A stretch of 64,000 bases of DNA, taken from the IMG/VR virus record IMGVR_UViG_3300031994_000079, positions 8,928 through 72,927 of that record. One strand, 5' to 3'. Below the pieces are notes generated by a model that was given only the letters and a program-made list of their open reading frames with translations, had not been told where the DNA came from and made no database searches. Shown piece after piece: positions 17,353 to 28,966 of the stretch. This stretch comes from a virus. Its lineage: Duplodnaviria; Caudoviricetes. The number at the start of each line of letters is the position of its first letter. The first letter of the stretch is position 1. Position numbers and translations under genes: made by a program.

Positions 17353-17946
17353 ATGTACGATTTGCCAACTTCCATACAAATAGAAGATAGGCAATATCAG
17401 ATAACAAACAATGGTGATTATAGAGTTATATTAGATTGCTTTAGTGCATTATCTGATACAGAGTTAAGCGAGGACGAACAAGTCCTCGCTTCTCTTTTAA
17501 TATTCTATAACGAGTTTACAGATTTGGAAGATATACCTCGTGATGAAGAAACACTTAAACAGCTTATCTCCGAAATGTGTAAATTCTTTAATTGCGGTCA
17601 AGAAGATTCAGTCGGTGCAAGTGCAAATGAAAAAATTATAGATTGGGAAAATGATTCAAATATTATAATACCAGCTATAAATAATGTGGCTCATGGAGAA
17701 GTTAGAGCTTTACTATATCTTCATTGGTGGACATTTATGGGTTATTATATGTCAGTTGGAGAGAGTGTTTTATCTACAGTGGTTAGTATAAGATATAAGC
17801 TGAATAAAGGTAAAGAACTTGAAAAATGGGAAAGAGAGTTTAAAAGAGACAATCCACAATACTTTAACTGGAAGAAGAAGTCGAAAGAGCAACTTGACCT
17901 TGACGAGTACGTAAAGAACCTTTGGAATAACGGAGGTATGGAATAA
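17353..17946 (+). CDS. Gp15-like tail assembly protein
   Basis: DYRVILD...DWENDSNIIIPA...LHWWTFMGY motif. Confidence 0.8.
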   Translation: MYDLPTSIQIEDRQYQITNNGDYRVILDCFSALSDTELSEDEQVLASLLIFYNEFTDLEDIPRDEETLKQLISEMCKFFNCGQEDSVGASANEKIIDWENDSNIIIPAINNVAHGEVRALLYLHWWTFMGYYMSVGESVLSTVVSIRYKLNKGKELEKWEREFKRDNPQYFNWKKKSKEQLDLDEYVKNLWNNGGME

Positions 17947-20900
17947 TGACTGACGGATTAAGAGATATAATCATAAAAATTGTACCCGAACTTGAGGATA
18001 AGGATTATAAAAAACATTTGCAAGAAATGGCAGATAATTCAAAATCCGCTATGGAAAAGGCTTTTCGTAATCTTGACAAAAGTGTTAGCTTAGCATTTAA
18101 AGATTTAGAAAAAGGTGTTGCTAAAGGCGATAGTGGTTGGCAAAGTCAGATACAGAATTATCTTGATACATTTAAAAGTATGCAGGATTATATGAGCAAA
18201 ACTGGTTTTTTACCCAATGACGTAAATACTAAATTATACCAGGCTTATGCTAATATTGTTAAAATACATGATGAAATTATATCAGTTGGTAATGCTGCCC
18301 AAAGAAATTTAGCTGAAAGTAAACAGCAGACTGAGGAATATACTAAATGGAAAGCTGGTCTTGATGTATTAACAAAAACTTGGACTAATATGAATGAAAA
18401 GGTTGCTCAATATGAGGATAAACTTGCTAAAGCAGAGCAAGTACAACCTCTTAAAGAGCAATTAACTGGCAAAAATGTTGACCAAAAAATACAGAACTAT
18501 GCAAAGTATGTTGAAAAGATAGAGGAATATAATCAGCGTATTGCAAAATTACAAGCAGAAGCCTCTCAAGCCAGGGATTTTAGGAATCAACCTGGTCGTA
18601 ATGAGGAATCAAGAGCCGCTATATTAAGGTCTATTGAGCAATTAGAATCTCAAATACATATGATTGAAAACCAGAGAGCTAATACTCAAAAAGCCATGAA
18701 CTCTCTTGGTAAGGCTAATATACCTATTTTAAAACAGATATATGAATTAACTAAAGGTGATATTCGTAGTGTAGAGCAATTGGAGAAAGAACTTGAAAAA
18801 GCGTTAGAGGCGGCTGGTAGAGCTAAAAATGAAGTTGATGCAAAGAAGTCAACCGAACCAGAACGGTACACATATGACTATGATAGTTATAATAAAGCTC
18901 AGGAATATGTAAAACGTCTTGTAAATGAGCTTATAGTGGCCGCTCAGAAAACAGATGAATTAAAGAAACAAGCGGATAAGACAAAAACCAGTTTTAATCA
19001 GTGGCGTAACGCTGTTTGGGCAGCTTCAAGAGTTCTTGGTAATATATATACGATAGGCCTTGATATAGCACGGGGTGCCAGAAAAATTGCTAATTTCTAT
19101 ATGCGAGTATGGAATACTGCTAAGAAAGTTCTTGGCGTATTAAAACAGTGGAGAAAGCATATTACTGGTACCGCTAATGAGCATAGCAAATCTTTTAAGC
19201 AGATGTTAAAGGATATTGTAAGATATTCTCTTGGTATACGTTCTCTTTTTGCACTCTTTAGAAGATTGAGAGGTTATATAAAAGAGGCTTTCTCTGCTAT
19301 GGCTGAACAGATACCAGAGGTAAATGCTATGTTGGCAAGTCTTAAATCTTCTCTTTATGCTTTAAAAGGAAGTCTTGCTACAGCATTTGAACCCATACTT
19401 TCAGCTATTGCACCTGCTTTAGTTAGATTGATAGACCTACTTGCACAAGCTATTACATATATAGGAATGTTTTTTGCCGCTTTCACAGGACGTAATTTTG
19501 TGTACAAAGCTAATAAGGTAGCTCAGACTATAGGCAAAGCGGCTGGGGCTGCCAAAGAGCTTAATAAACAGTTGCAAGGTTTTGATGAGTTGAATAATCT
19601 CACTTCAAATAACGGTGGAGGTGGCGGTGGTGGAGATACACCATTAGCTCAGTTTGAAAAAGTAGATGTACCTGATTGGATAAAGAATCTTGCACAGCAG
19701 TTAAAAGACCTTTGGGACAGAATTATAAAACCTATAAAAGATGCTTGGGCAAAAGTTGGTGATTATGTAGTAGAAGCATGGAAAAGAGCTTTTAATTCTG
19801 TTAAAGATTTACTGTATGATATAGGACGAGATTTCTTAACAGTATGGGATAAAATGGGAGAGCATATATCAGAAATGTTCTTCCTTATAGTAGGTGATGT
19901 AGGTAATATTATCGCCAATATAGCCGATAAGATAAGAGAAGCATGGAACTTTGTTGAAGATGGTCAGACTGAAAGTAATGGTATAAGATTTTGGACAGCT
20001 ATACTTAGTATAGTAGATGCTATATTAACTGGTGTTAGAAAAATTACTCTCGATATAAGAAATTGGACAGCGAATATAAACATAACACCTGCCATGACAG
20101 CTTTTGTTCATTGGTTAGAATCTCTCGTACCTATAACAGAAATGGTTATGGAAATTCTTTATCAGTTCTGGGATAGAGCATTAAAGCCTATATTAACATG
20201 GACATTTGATGGAGAAAATTCTGGTGTTGCAAGATTCTTCCAAATACTTGCCGATTTCAATGATAATCTTGATAAAGAGAAGATAATCGAAGACCTTAAT
20301 AAGATATGGGACGCTATTGGCAGATTTGGTATAAATATAGGTGAAGGTTTGCTTATATTTATGGAAAGAATGTTAGGTTATCTTTCTAATTGGCTTAATA
20401 GTGATGATTTTACACAATGGTGTCAAGATGTAGCTGATTTCTTAGACGGTCTTAAACCAGAAGATTTAGCAGATGATTTAGAGCAAGTATGGAGAATTAT
20501 AAAGAATATAGCTGAATGGACATGGAAAGCTATATCGTATGTAATAGAGCATAAAGACCAAATTTTGGATGCTTTAGAGAAAGCTTCTGAACATCTTGAT
20601 GTAATCGCCGCCATATTCTTAGGTGGTAAACTTGCAATAGATGTGGCAAGATTTGCCGCTAACGTAGCCTTAGCCGCAGGTGCTTTTGGTAAGTTTGTCA
20701 GTGGTATTAGTGTGGCCGCAGGAGTAATCGGTCCTGTAGCTGCCGTAATAGCAGCCTTGGCTGTAGCTATTGCAAGTTGTGTAGCCGCCTATGGCGGTTT
20801 AGAAGGAACTATTGCTAAAATAAAATCTGTAGCTAAAGACGTATCAGATACACTTGCCAAAGTAGCAGAGAAGTTTAAATTAAGCGAGAAAATACAAAAA

Positions 20901-22196
20901 CTTAAGGACAGTTTTGATAAGTTATTAACATCACTTGGTCTCACTACTGATAAGATGAAATTATTAAGACAAATATGGGATTTAGTGTTTGAAGCACTTA
21001 GCAATACTGCTAAAGGTTTAGGTACGTATTTACTTGGTGCGTTTAGTAGCTTTACTACAATGCTATCAGGCGTTATTCAAATTGTAACTTCTATTATTGA
21101 AAACATAAAAGGTATATACAATCTCTTTGTAGGAGCTATAACTGGTGATACTGAACAGATGAAGCAAGGCATAGACCAGATGTGGGAGGCAATAAAATCC
21201 ATATTCTCTGGCGCTATTGACTTCATTGTAGGATTATGCGAAGGTTTAATCAATCTTATACTTGCACCGTTCTATAAGATAAAATATGAGCTTGTTGGTG
21301 ACCCTATTGTAGTTGATATGTGGGAAGAAATCAAGCGTATATTTAATGATAGTATAGGTAAAGTAGTTGAATTTGTAACCAATCTTAAAGATGATGTAAT
21401 CGAATTATTCCAGAAATTAAAGGAGAAGATTGACGAGAAGATAAAAGATATAAAAGCCAAATTCAAAGAGTTTGCGGATGATGTTAAACAGAAAAAAGAA
21501 GATATATCCAATAAAATAAAAGAACTTAAAGATAAGGTCATAGAACATTTCAACAATTTAAAGCAAAAGGTGAATGATTTTAAAACTGATTGGGTTAATA
21601 AATTTAATGACATAAAACAGAAAGTAAATGATTTTAAGACTGATATGGATTCTAAGTTTACAAGTATAAAAAATTCAGTCATAAAAGCTATTGAAGGTAT
21701 AAAAGACGGTATAAAATCACCTATAAACTCGATTATCGGATTTTTTGAAAAGATGGTCAATGGTATTATAGATGGATTTAATGGTTTAGGTAGTAAACTT
21801 AATGATTTTGAGTTTGATATACCTGATGCACTTGCAGAAAAATTTGATTTACCAAGTGAGTTCAGTTTAAGTATACCTAAGATACCGAGAATATCTATAC
21901 CTCGACTTGCACAGGGTGCCGTAATACCGCCTAACAAAGAGTTCTTAGCTGTACTTGGTGACCAGAAACGAGGTACAAATATAGAAGCTCCACTTGACAC
22001 AATGGTACAAGCATTTAATATGGCTAATAGAGGTGGTAATGAGCAGGAGCTTAGATTATTACAGGAGCAGAATGATTTACTCAGACAGTTGCTCCAAAAA
22101 GAATTTGGTATATCTGAAAGACAGATTTATAATAGTGTTATAAATCAGGATAATATCAGAAGAAAATCAACAGGTTATAGTGCGTTTGCTTATTAA
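17946..22196 (+). CDS. tape measure protein
   Basis: 1416 aa helical, LQGFDELNNL and IPRLAQGAVI...EFLAVLGD motifs. Confidence 0.92.
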   Translation: MTDGLRDIIIKIVPELEDKDYKKHLQEMADNSKSAMEKAFRNLDKSVSLAFKDLEKGVAKGDSGWQSQIQNYLDTFKSMQDYMSKTGFLPNDVNTKLYQAYANIVKIHDEIISVGNAAQRNLAESKQQTEEYTKWKAGLDVLTKTWTNMNEKVAQYEDKLAKAEQVQPLKEQLTGKNVDQKIQNYAKYVEKIEEYNQRIAKLQAEASQARDFRNQPGRNEESRAAILRSIEQLESQIHMIENQRANTQKAMNSLGKANIPILKQIYELTKGDIRSVEQLEKELEKALEAAGRAKNEVDAKKSTEPERYTYDYDSYNKAQEYVKRLVNELIVAAQKTDELKKQADKTKTSFNQWRNAVWAASRVLGNIYTIGLDIARGARKIANFYMRVWNTAKKVLGVLKQWRKHITGTANEHSKSFKQMLKDIVRYSLGIRSLFALFRRLRGYIKEAFSAMAEQIPEVNAMLASLKSSLYALKGSLATAFEPILSAIAPALVRLIDLLAQAITYIGMFFAAFTGRNFVYKANKVAQTIGKAAGAAKELNKQLQGFDELNNLTSNNGGGGGGGDTPLAQFEKVDVPDWIKNLAQQLKDLWDRIIKPIKDAWAKVGDYVVEAWKRAFNSVKDLLYDIGRDFLTVWDKMGEHISEMFFLIVGDVGNIIANIADKIREAWNFVEDGQTESNGIRFWTAILSIVDAILTGVRKITLDIRNWTANINITPAMTAFVHWLESLVPITEMVMEILYQFWDRALKPILTWTFDGENSGVARFFQILADFNDNLDKEKIIEDLNKIWDAIGRFGINIGEGLLIFMERMLGYLSNWLNSDDFTQWCQDVADFLDGLKPEDLADDLEQVWRIIKNIAEWTWKAISYVIEHKDQILDALEKASEHLDVIAAIFLGGKLAIDVARFAANVALAAGAFGKFVSGISVAAGVIGPVAAVIAALAVAIASCVAAYGGLEGTIAKIKSVAKDVSDTLAKVAEKFKLSEKIQKLKDSFDKLLTSLGLTTDKMKLLRQIWDLVFEALSNTAKGLGTYLLGAFSSFTTMLSGVIQIVTSIIENIKGIYNLFVGAITGDTEQMKQGIDQMWEAIKSIFSGAIDFIVGLCEGLINLILAPFYKIKYELVGDPIVVDMWEEIKRIFNDSIGKVVEFVTNLKDDVIELFQKLKEKIDEKIKDIKAKFKEFADDVKQKKEDISNKIKELKDKVIEHFNNLKQKVNDFKTDWVNKFNDIKQKVNDFKTDMDSKFTSIKNSVIKAIEGIKDGIKSPINSIIGFFEKMVNGIIDGFNGLGSKLNDFEFDIPDALAEKFDLPSEFSLSIPKIPRISIPRLAQGAVIPPNKEFLAVLGDQKRGTNIEAPLDTMVQAFNMANRGGNEQELRLLQEQNDLLRQLLQKEFGISERQIYNSVINQDNIRRKSTGYSAFAY

Positions 22197-22208
22197 GGAG
22201 AAAAAGAT

Positions 22209-22622
22209 ATGGCTTTTAATGGAATATTATTAACAGTTGGCAATTATGATATAGATGGTACATACTATATAAATTATAAATCTTATAATGCTACCGCCAA
22301 TATTCAGGATATGGATAGTTTTAGAAATGCTAACGGTGTGTTAATAAGAAATGCACTTGAACATGTGCCTATTAAGATTGAATTTGAAACAAGAGAAAAT
22401 CTTACTAATGCAGATGTGGCAGAATTTTGGGGTAGCATACGTTCTAATTTTTCAGAGCCGAAGGAAAGAAAAGCAAGTGTAACAGCATATATACCAGAAT
22501 ATGATGATTATATAACACAAGACTGTTATATACCAGACCCACAGTTTAAGATAAAACGAATTACACCAGACACAAATATAATATACTATGAACCTATAAG
22601 AATAGCATTTATTGGCTACTAA
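22209..22622 (+). CDS. distal tail protein (Dit-like)
   Basis: Follows TMP; QDMDSFRNANG motif. Confidence 0.65.
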   Translation: MAFNGILLTVGNYDIDGTYYINYKSYNATANIQDMDSFRNANGVLIRNALEHVPIKIEFETRENLTNADVAEFWGSIRSNFSEPKERKASVTAYIPEYDDYITQDCYIPDPQFKIKRITPDTNIIYYEPIRIAFIGY

Positions 22623-22649
22623 TGTTATAATCATTATAGAGGTGATTAT

Positions 22650-25600
22650 ATGATAAATGTAAATGAGCAGGTAAAACAAGCATATAGAAATTTTGGCTCA
22701 ACAAAAAATATAAATATTGTCATGAGGGATAAAAATAATTATATCACCACATACTTATCTATGAATGATATAGTTGGCAATACATTTTCTTTTGAGCAGA
22801 TATTAGAGCCGACCAATAGTCTTACATTTACAGGATGTAATGCGTCTGTACTTAAATTTAGAGCTAAAAATACAGATATATCTCAATTTGAAGATGGATA
22901 TATAATGGTATTTTTAGGTGTGGAAGTAGATGAAGAAAGTTATGAATACATAAATATATTTCATGGCATAATTGACAGTATAAAAAATACTACACCCATG
23001 CAAGCAAGTATGGATGTTGTTGCTTATGATTTAATGTATTACATAAATAAACTTGATGTTACATCATGGTATGATACATTACCATTTACTTCAGGTTATG
23101 AACAATGTTTACCTTTAACAGCAATTAAAGGTTCTTTATTTACAGAAATAAATAATAGAGTAAGAACTAAATATAACGTAAATATACAGTTTGCAGATTA
23201 TAGTATGCCAAGCGATTCCATTTATTTTCCAAAAAATATAGATGATGAACATGTGTATGCTGGTGATGTGCTTAGATGGATATGTCAATTAAATGGTAGA
23301 TATGCTCAGATGCGTGGCATAACATGCTATTTTTTACAACTAAAGAAAAATAGTTATTATCCGAGTGCGACATTATATCCAAGTAGTGGATTATATCCAG
23401 GTGGTATGTCTGTACAGGAAAATATTCTTTCAACAAGTTATAAAATGGGGTCTTTGAATATTGAAAAATACACAACAACTCCTATTGATGGTATCCAAAT
23501 TATTGATAAGAATAATCAGCAAATAGCTTATGCAGGTGAAAATGCACCGCTTAATATATTCACAGTTAATGGTAACCCTTTTGTTTACAATCTGGAACAA
23601 TCTAAATTAGATGCAATAGCAGAAAATTTGTATGAAGCAATACAAGGCATATCATATATACCTCTTAAATTTGATATGATAGGTTTACCTTATCTTGAAT
23701 GTGGAGATTATATAAACATTCAGGTAGGCAATACTATGAAATCTACCTATATTTTTCATAGAATTTTATCTGGTGAGCAAGCATTAACAGACCGTATAGA
23801 AACTAAAGGTGATGAATATTTACCAATATTTAAACCTAATACGGAAGATAAAATAAGAGAAGCTATATATAAAGCAAGAGAAGAAGCAAGGCATTTAATA
23901 TCTGAATATGATGTTGCAGTCAATATCATGAATGACCTTGCTGTTAATGCAATGGGTGGTTATCAGAATTATGAAGAAGCAGAAACAGGTGGCAGAATAT
24001 ATTATCTTTCAAACAGACCTATTATTAAAAATGCACAAGGTCAATGTGTGTTTGAAATAGGCGCCACAGTATTCAAATCTGGTGGTGATGGTTTATATGT
24101 GTCCCTTGATGGAGGTACAACATGGACAAACGGTTATAATGCAACTACTGGTAGATTAGTTGTTAATGTTCTTAATGCAATTGGCATTAGTGCAGATTGG
24201 ATTATAGCGGGTTCATTAGTTGCTGATAGAATACGTGGTGGTTCTTTGATGATTGGTGGTGTTAATGATGAACTTGGTAAGATAGTAGTATGTCCTACTG
24301 AAGGAACTGCTATTGGTTCATCATTCTTTCCAGGTAGTGAATTAGATATTTATATCGTTAATGAAAACTCCTCAAAAGTATTTAAGTCTAAAGGTACAGC
24401 TACTCATACAGCAGACCAGTATATAAATGATTTATTTACACAACCAATAAATATATTTACAAGTGCGACATTTACAATGTATTCTGGTACAACACATGAC
24501 CCGCAATTATCAAGTAGAGATGTATATGAAATAGATGTATCTGGATTTACTTATCCTACATATATAGTGATGATGAAAGGCACAAATTCACTATATAAAG
24601 ATGGTGTTGTTATTATATCAGAGCATACTTTTTCAGGTAGTTACACACGAAAAAGTTATAATATTGGCGCAAGTACACCGTGGACTACACGAACTATTAC
24701 TATCTCACCTGACGGTAATGCCACTTATGGTGGTAGAACAATTTATTTTGATTTTATATATAACGCCTCTGATTTCTTTGATTATGTTGATGATTATGAT
24801 ATGGATTATACTGAATATAATCTTACAGGAACTATTACCAATAAAGATTTTTGTCAGCAATTAGGCTATATAGTATTTGATGGTAATATAGTTGAGCCCG
24901 CACATACTGAAACATATAGAGTAAATGGTTTATGTGCTTTAAGCATAGATGTATCAAATATAGTATCAGTATCAAATTATGATGGTATATGTCAAATTTA
25001 TAAAACCGTAGATGGCGGTGAAACGTATGCAATATTAGATGAACTTGAACTTAAAGAAGGTTTGAATTTCTTGAATGTTGTATTTGATTTACCGACTTTA
25101 TATGCAAACACACAATTTTATAAGATTGTATTAGGTGCACCACGCAGTAGTACCTCAGTTTATAATTTTGCATTAACCAGTTATTCTTTTATAACAAATA
25201 TAGACCGTAATGGTATAACAACTTCACGTATAAATGCAACAGGTGGTAATTTTGGTATCATGGAAATTGATTCAAGTGAAGATGAACCTTATATAAAAAT
25301 ACCAACTGATATAATCATATGTGAAATAGATACGGAATATAGTAAGAACTTCACTAAATATTATAACTTTATTCCCTATGCAGAAGGATGGGAAGATGAT
25401 GGTACTATATCATATGACTTTTCTTCTGATAATTCTGATTTACCTTATATTTGTCGGTTACAATTACAGCGTAGAGCCGCAGATGAAGCATGGTCAACAT
25501 TAGAAACAATTTATCTTACAGAAGTTGGTTCCGCAGTTAAAAGAGTTAAACAAGAAGGTGTATGGGTATGGGTAGAGGACCCTGACCATGATGGTAAATT

Positions 25601-26672
25601 TAATACTGTTATAAACCATATGTGGGGTAAAAATTCAGGAGAAAGATACAGAATTTCTGTCTATATAAGGTATGATTCTACTTATTGGTCTCCTCAAAAG
25701 ATGGCGGCAACATTGAATGTATATGTTGATGATACGTATACTGTAAGTAAAATTACACAGACTGAAATAGTCGGCACTTTAAGAGGTAAATTTAATGGAA
25801 TCGCTAATCTTACAGATTTAACCATAGGTGATTGGTTATATGACGAATATCATAATAGTTTTCGTTTTTCAGATGATTCAACAATCACAGATATATCACC
25901 AACAGGTTTAGAAATACAAGATTCAAATAATGTTACATCGTATAGTAAGGATAGTGCATATTTTAATGATGGAATTAATACAACAACATTATCCTTAGAT
26001 GAATTAAAATTTGATGATAATGTGAGTAATTATTCAGAATTAACCTTAAATCATTTAGAGTTAAATGAAAGAAATAATAATGTTGATTCTGCTTCGGAAT
26101 TAACACCAAATTCATTAGCTTTTGTTGGAAATAGTACAGTTGATAATTCTGAATTTACTTTAAGTCATTTAGAATTTTCATCAAGAGATAATTTGCATGG
26201 CACTACTAACTATGCCGATTTAACATTAAATAATTTAACTTTTGATAATAACACAGATGGTTATCACATGAGTATAAATGCTTTGATATGTGATATAACC
26301 AGAAATATGAATTTTGGTTCAGAAAGTGTAAGTTGGATATCAGGTTCAGATAAACGTATCAAAGAGGATATAGAAAATCTGGATGTAAAGTTATCAAAAG
26401 AATTGATAGATAAAACACAACCTAAAAAGTTTAAGTTTAAATATCGTGATGGCAAACATTATGGAATGATAGCACAGGAAACAAGAGAAGTCTTAGATTC
26501 TTTAGGAGAAACTGATTCCGAACTTGAATACTTGCAAGGCAATCTTAATGTTGAAGGTCAAAGAGCAATAAGATATGAGGAATATATACCTCATTTAATT
26601 AACTATGTTAAGGAACTTAAAGCAGAAATAGATAGTCTTAAAAGTGAAATAAGATTATTGAAAGGAGAATAG
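22650..26672 (+). CDS. tail-associated / spike protein with C-terminal S74 intramolecular chaperone
   Basis: GLPYLECGD; beta-repeats ELTLNHLEL; SDKRIKEDI...YGMIAQE...IRYEEYIPHL plus coiled coil. Confidence 0.85.
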   Translation: MINVNEQVKQAYRNFGSTKNINIVMRDKNNYITTYLSMNDIVGNTFSFEQILEPTNSLTFTGCNASVLKFRAKNTDISQFEDGYIMVFLGVEVDEESYEYINIFHGIIDSIKNTTPMQASMDVVAYDLMYYINKLDVTSWYDTLPFTSGYEQCLPLTAIKGSLFTEINNRVRTKYNVNIQFADYSMPSDSIYFPKNIDDEHVYAGDVLRWICQLNGRYAQMRGITCYFLQLKKNSYYPSATLYPSSGLYPGGMSVQENILSTSYKMGSLNIEKYTTTPIDGIQIIDKNNQQIAYAGENAPLNIFTVNGNPFVYNLEQSKLDAIAENLYEAIQGISYIPLKFDMIGLPYLECGDYINIQVGNTMKSTYIFHRILSGEQALTDRIETKGDEYLPIFKPNTEDKIREAIYKAREEARHLISEYDVAVNIMNDLAVNAMGGYQNYEEAETGGRIYYLSNRPIIKNAQGQCVFEIGATVFKSGGDGLYVSLDGGTTWTNGYNATTGRLVVNVLNAIGISADWIIAGSLVADRIRGGSLMIGGVNDELGKIVVCPTEGTAIGSSFFPGSELDIYIVNENSSKVFKSKGTATHTADQYINDLFTQPINIFTSATFTMYSGTTHDPQLSSRDVYEIDVSGFTYPTYIVMMKGTNSLYKDGVVIISEHTFSGSYTRKSYNIGASTPWTTRTITISPDGNATYGGRTIYFDFIYNASDFFDYVDDYDMDYTEYNLTGTITNKDFCQQLGYIVFDGNIVEPAHTETYRVNGLCALSIDVSNIVSVSNYDGICQIYKTVDGGETYAILDELELKEGLNFLNVVFDLPTLYANTQFYKIVLGAPRSSTSVYNFALTSYSFITNIDRNGITTSRINATGGNFGIMEIDSSEDEPYIKIPTDIIICEIDTEYSKNFTKYYNFIPYAEGWEDDGTISYDFSSDNSDLPYICRLQLQRRAADEAWSTLETIYLTEVGSAVKRVKQEGVWVWVEDPDHDGKFNTVINHMWGKNSGERYRISVYIRYDSTYWSPQKMAATLNVYVDDTYTVSKITQTEIVGTLRGKFNGIANLTDLTIGDWLYDEYHNSFRFSDDSTITDISPTGLEIQDSNNVTSYSKDSAYFNDGINTTTLSLDELKFDDNVSNYSELTLNHLELNERNNNVDSASELTPNSLAFVGNSTVDNSEFTLSHLEFSSRDNLHGTTNYADLTLNNLTFDNNTDGYHMSINALICDITRNMNFGSESVSWISGSDKRIKEDIENLDVKLSKELIDKTQPKKFKFKYRDGKHYGMIAQETREVLDSLGETDSELEYLQGNLNVEGQRAIRYEEYIPHLINYVKELKAEIDSLKSEIRLLKGE

Positions 26673-26674
26673 TT

Positions 26675-27337
26675 ATGGCATACGAGAAACAAACCTGGGT
26701 TGATTGGCCGAATACAAGTACACCAGTAGAAGCATCAAGACTTAATCATATGGAACAAGGTATATATGAAGCATCAATGACTGGTGGTAGTGGAACTCAT
26801 ATATTTTATAAAAACGAAAGCGAAACACGTAGGTATTTTAAAATATTTGAGTATACTGATAATCAATATAGTTATTGGCTTAAACCAATTACTATAAAAG
26901 GTACCAGTGGATTTTTTGGTAATTCGTTTAAAAAGAATTTTGATATACTGATTGATTTAAGAGCTACTGGTTCTACTGGTCATAATATAATAATGCATGG
27001 TATTGTTTCTAATGATGATGTTGGTGGTAGTGTAAACACTACTCATGCCGATATTATAACAGTATATAACAATGGTGTTACAAGTATATATGTATATTGT
27101 ATAAATCAGTATAGCTATGTTGATGCTGTAATATACGCTGAAAGAGGTAATATATTTACAGATTCAAGTGCTGTAACATCAATTACAGGTACTCAAAAAT
27201 CAAAATTATCAGATTTAGAATCTGTTGATAAAATAGCTAATTTGATAAATGAACTTGAATTAGCAGTAAATGGAAAACAAGATAGTTTAATAATAGATTC
27301 AGATGGTTATATTGATTTAACAGAAGCAACAACATAG
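26675..27337 (+). CDS. tail fibre / baseplate-associated protein
   Basis: MAYEKQTWVDWPNTSTPVEASRLNHMEQGI N-terminal attachment motif. Confidence 0.65.
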   Translation: MAYEKQTWVDWPNTSTPVEASRLNHMEQGIYEASMTGGSGTHIFYKNESETRRYFKIFEYTDNQYSYWLKPITIKGTSGFFGNSFKKNFDILIDLRATGSTGHNIIMHGIVSNDDVGGSVNTTHADIITVYNNGVTSIYVYCINQYSYVDAVIYAERGNIFTDSSAVTSITGTQKSKLSDLESVDKIANLINELELAVNGKQDSLIIDSDGYIDLTEATT

Positions 27338-27405
27338 GATGAAATATAAACATTGTAATCCAGTGCTAAAAATGTTAAAATAAAAGAGTAGAGGAGGGTA
27401 TCAAA

Positions 27406-27627
27406 ATGATTAAACTCGTAAGTACATTTGGTGGAACAGGAGATGATAAAGCCTTAATGGTTTCACTCTTTGCTGATACCAAATCAGAGGTCACTAATTC
27501 TATCACAGGTGCTGATGTAGTAGGTATGGATGATGAAGTTGATATAGACAGTGGTTCTATCGTCCGTACTGCCGCATTTGATATAGCATCACTTAATAGT
27601 TCCCATGAGTGGGTATGGAAGGAGTGA
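27406..27627 (+). CDS. small tail-associated hypothetical protein
   Basis: GAGGAGGG RBS, 73 aa. Confidence 0.6.
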   Translation: MIKLVSTFGGTGDDKALMVSLFADTKSEVTNSITGADVVGMDDEVDIDSGSIVRTAAFDIASLNSSHEWVWKE

Positions 27628-27631
27628 TAGT

Positions 27632-27832
27632 ATGGCAAGACAGATGACAGAAGGAGAAGTAATCGCATTAGCTGCCGCATTTGGTGGTGGAAGCGGTGGT
27701 GGCGGTACAGGTGATGGTGATATGAAAAAGTCAGTATATGACCCCGATTTAGCTGTTAGGGATGCAGGCGGTATTGAAGCATATGTAATAAATAAATTAA
27801 CACCTGATAATAATGGATACATAAATATTTAA
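27632..27832 (+). CDS. small hypothetical protein (Gly linker)
   Basis: AAGGAG RBS before ATG 27632. Confidence 0.6.
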   Translation: MARQMTEGEVIALAAAFGGGSGGGGTGDGDMKKSVYDPDLAVRDAGGIEAYVINKLTPDNNGYINI

Positions 27833-27847
27833 GAAAGGAGAGTATAA

Positions 27848-28954
27848 ATGGCTGATAAAGATTTTAAGGGTTTTAAAAAAGATGAAGATACTTATAATTG
27901 TTATGACACCACTGCCCGCAGTAGTGTAAGTAGCTTAACATCAGCAGTCGGGATATTAGGTAGTAAAGTATCAAACCTTGAAAGTGTTACTTTAGGCTTG
28001 GAAAATGATATAGACAACATAGAAGAATCGTTAGGCACAGCCTCCACCAAAAACTCCACCTCAGTAGTCACACAGAGTACAGACCTTGTTGAGAGTGGGG
28101 CAGTATTTGATGCATTGGGATTTGAGAATAAGAATTTACTGTTGATTACTGCTGTAAGTCAGACTATCAATAACATTGCATTTACGGTAAATGATGATGG
28201 AACAATATCAACTGCGAATACAAGTAATGCGGATTGGTCTACGCTTGTATTAAATAGATTTGTTCTCCCAGCAGGTCAATATATAGTTAGTGGTTGTATT
28301 GGTGGTTCACAGCCTACTTACAGATTAGTAGTTGGTAAACAGGATGCTGAATTAGCTCTACTTTATGACGGCGAAGCGTTATTTGAGATATCAGAGGATA
28401 CGGAAATATATGTTCAGATTACGGTAAGAACCGCTAACGTGGATATGAACGGTAAGAAATTTTATCCCATGATAAGAAAAGCTACCGTAAGCGACCCGAC
28501 CTACGTACCCTACCATGCAAGCGTAGAAGAAACTAAGTGCGACAACTCCACCATCGCACCCACAGAAAACGGTACAACCGTACAGAAATCTGGTGGATAT
28601 GCAGTAGGCAGTCATGCAATCCGTAATGGTGCTTTTATCACATGGAAAAATGCAAAGGCACAGGACGAAACTATCAATGATGCGAGTGATTATACGAGTG
28701 GGGATGTGGCGAGTGCCTTAAATGGATTGATTAAATCTGATACGTTCGGCGGTATAACAGACGAAAACACAGGAGCATTGATTATATCAGGTTCTATTAA
28801 GCGAAAGATAGTATTCATTAACATAATTGGAAGATTGGGTTTTCCATATTTCAGAGGTGCAAATGTTGAATCTGGCGTTGTTGTTGTAAAGCCTAATGAT
28901 TTTACCCCAGCAAAAGGAGAAACAGTAAACGGAACATATTATTATATTGATTAA
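27848..28954 (+). CDS. tail fibre / receptor-binding protein with CBM-like domain
   Basis: Coiled coil, then NLL...FTVNDDGTI...LPAGQYIVSG...YPMIR beta-sandwich. Confidence 0.6.
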   Translation: MADKDFKGFKKDEDTYNCYDTTARSSVSSLTSAVGILGSKVSNLESVTLGLENDIDNIEESLGTASTKNSTSVVTQSTDLVESGAVFDALGFENKNLLLITAVSQTINNIAFTVNDDGTISTANTSNADWSTLVLNRFVLPAGQYIVSGCIGGSQPTYRLVVGKQDAELALLYDGEALFEISEDTEIYVQITVRTANVDMNGKKFYPMIRKATVSDPTYVPYHASVEETKCDNSTIAPTENGTTVQKSGGYAVGSHAIRNGAFITWKNAKAQDETINDASDYTSGDVASALNGLIKSDTFGGITDENTGALIISGSIKRKIVFINIIGRLGFPYFRGANVESGVVVVKPNDFTPAKGETVNGTYYYID

Positions 28955-28966
28955 GGAGGAAAAACA

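Noticed and set aside
16849-17946. Programmed -1 frameshift between tail chaperone genes
   Set aside because: No clear XXXYYYZ slippery site near the first stop; the second gene has its own start
26675-28954. Diversity-generating retroelement target in tail fibres
   Set aside because: No reverse transcriptase and no template/variable repeat pair seen in the window
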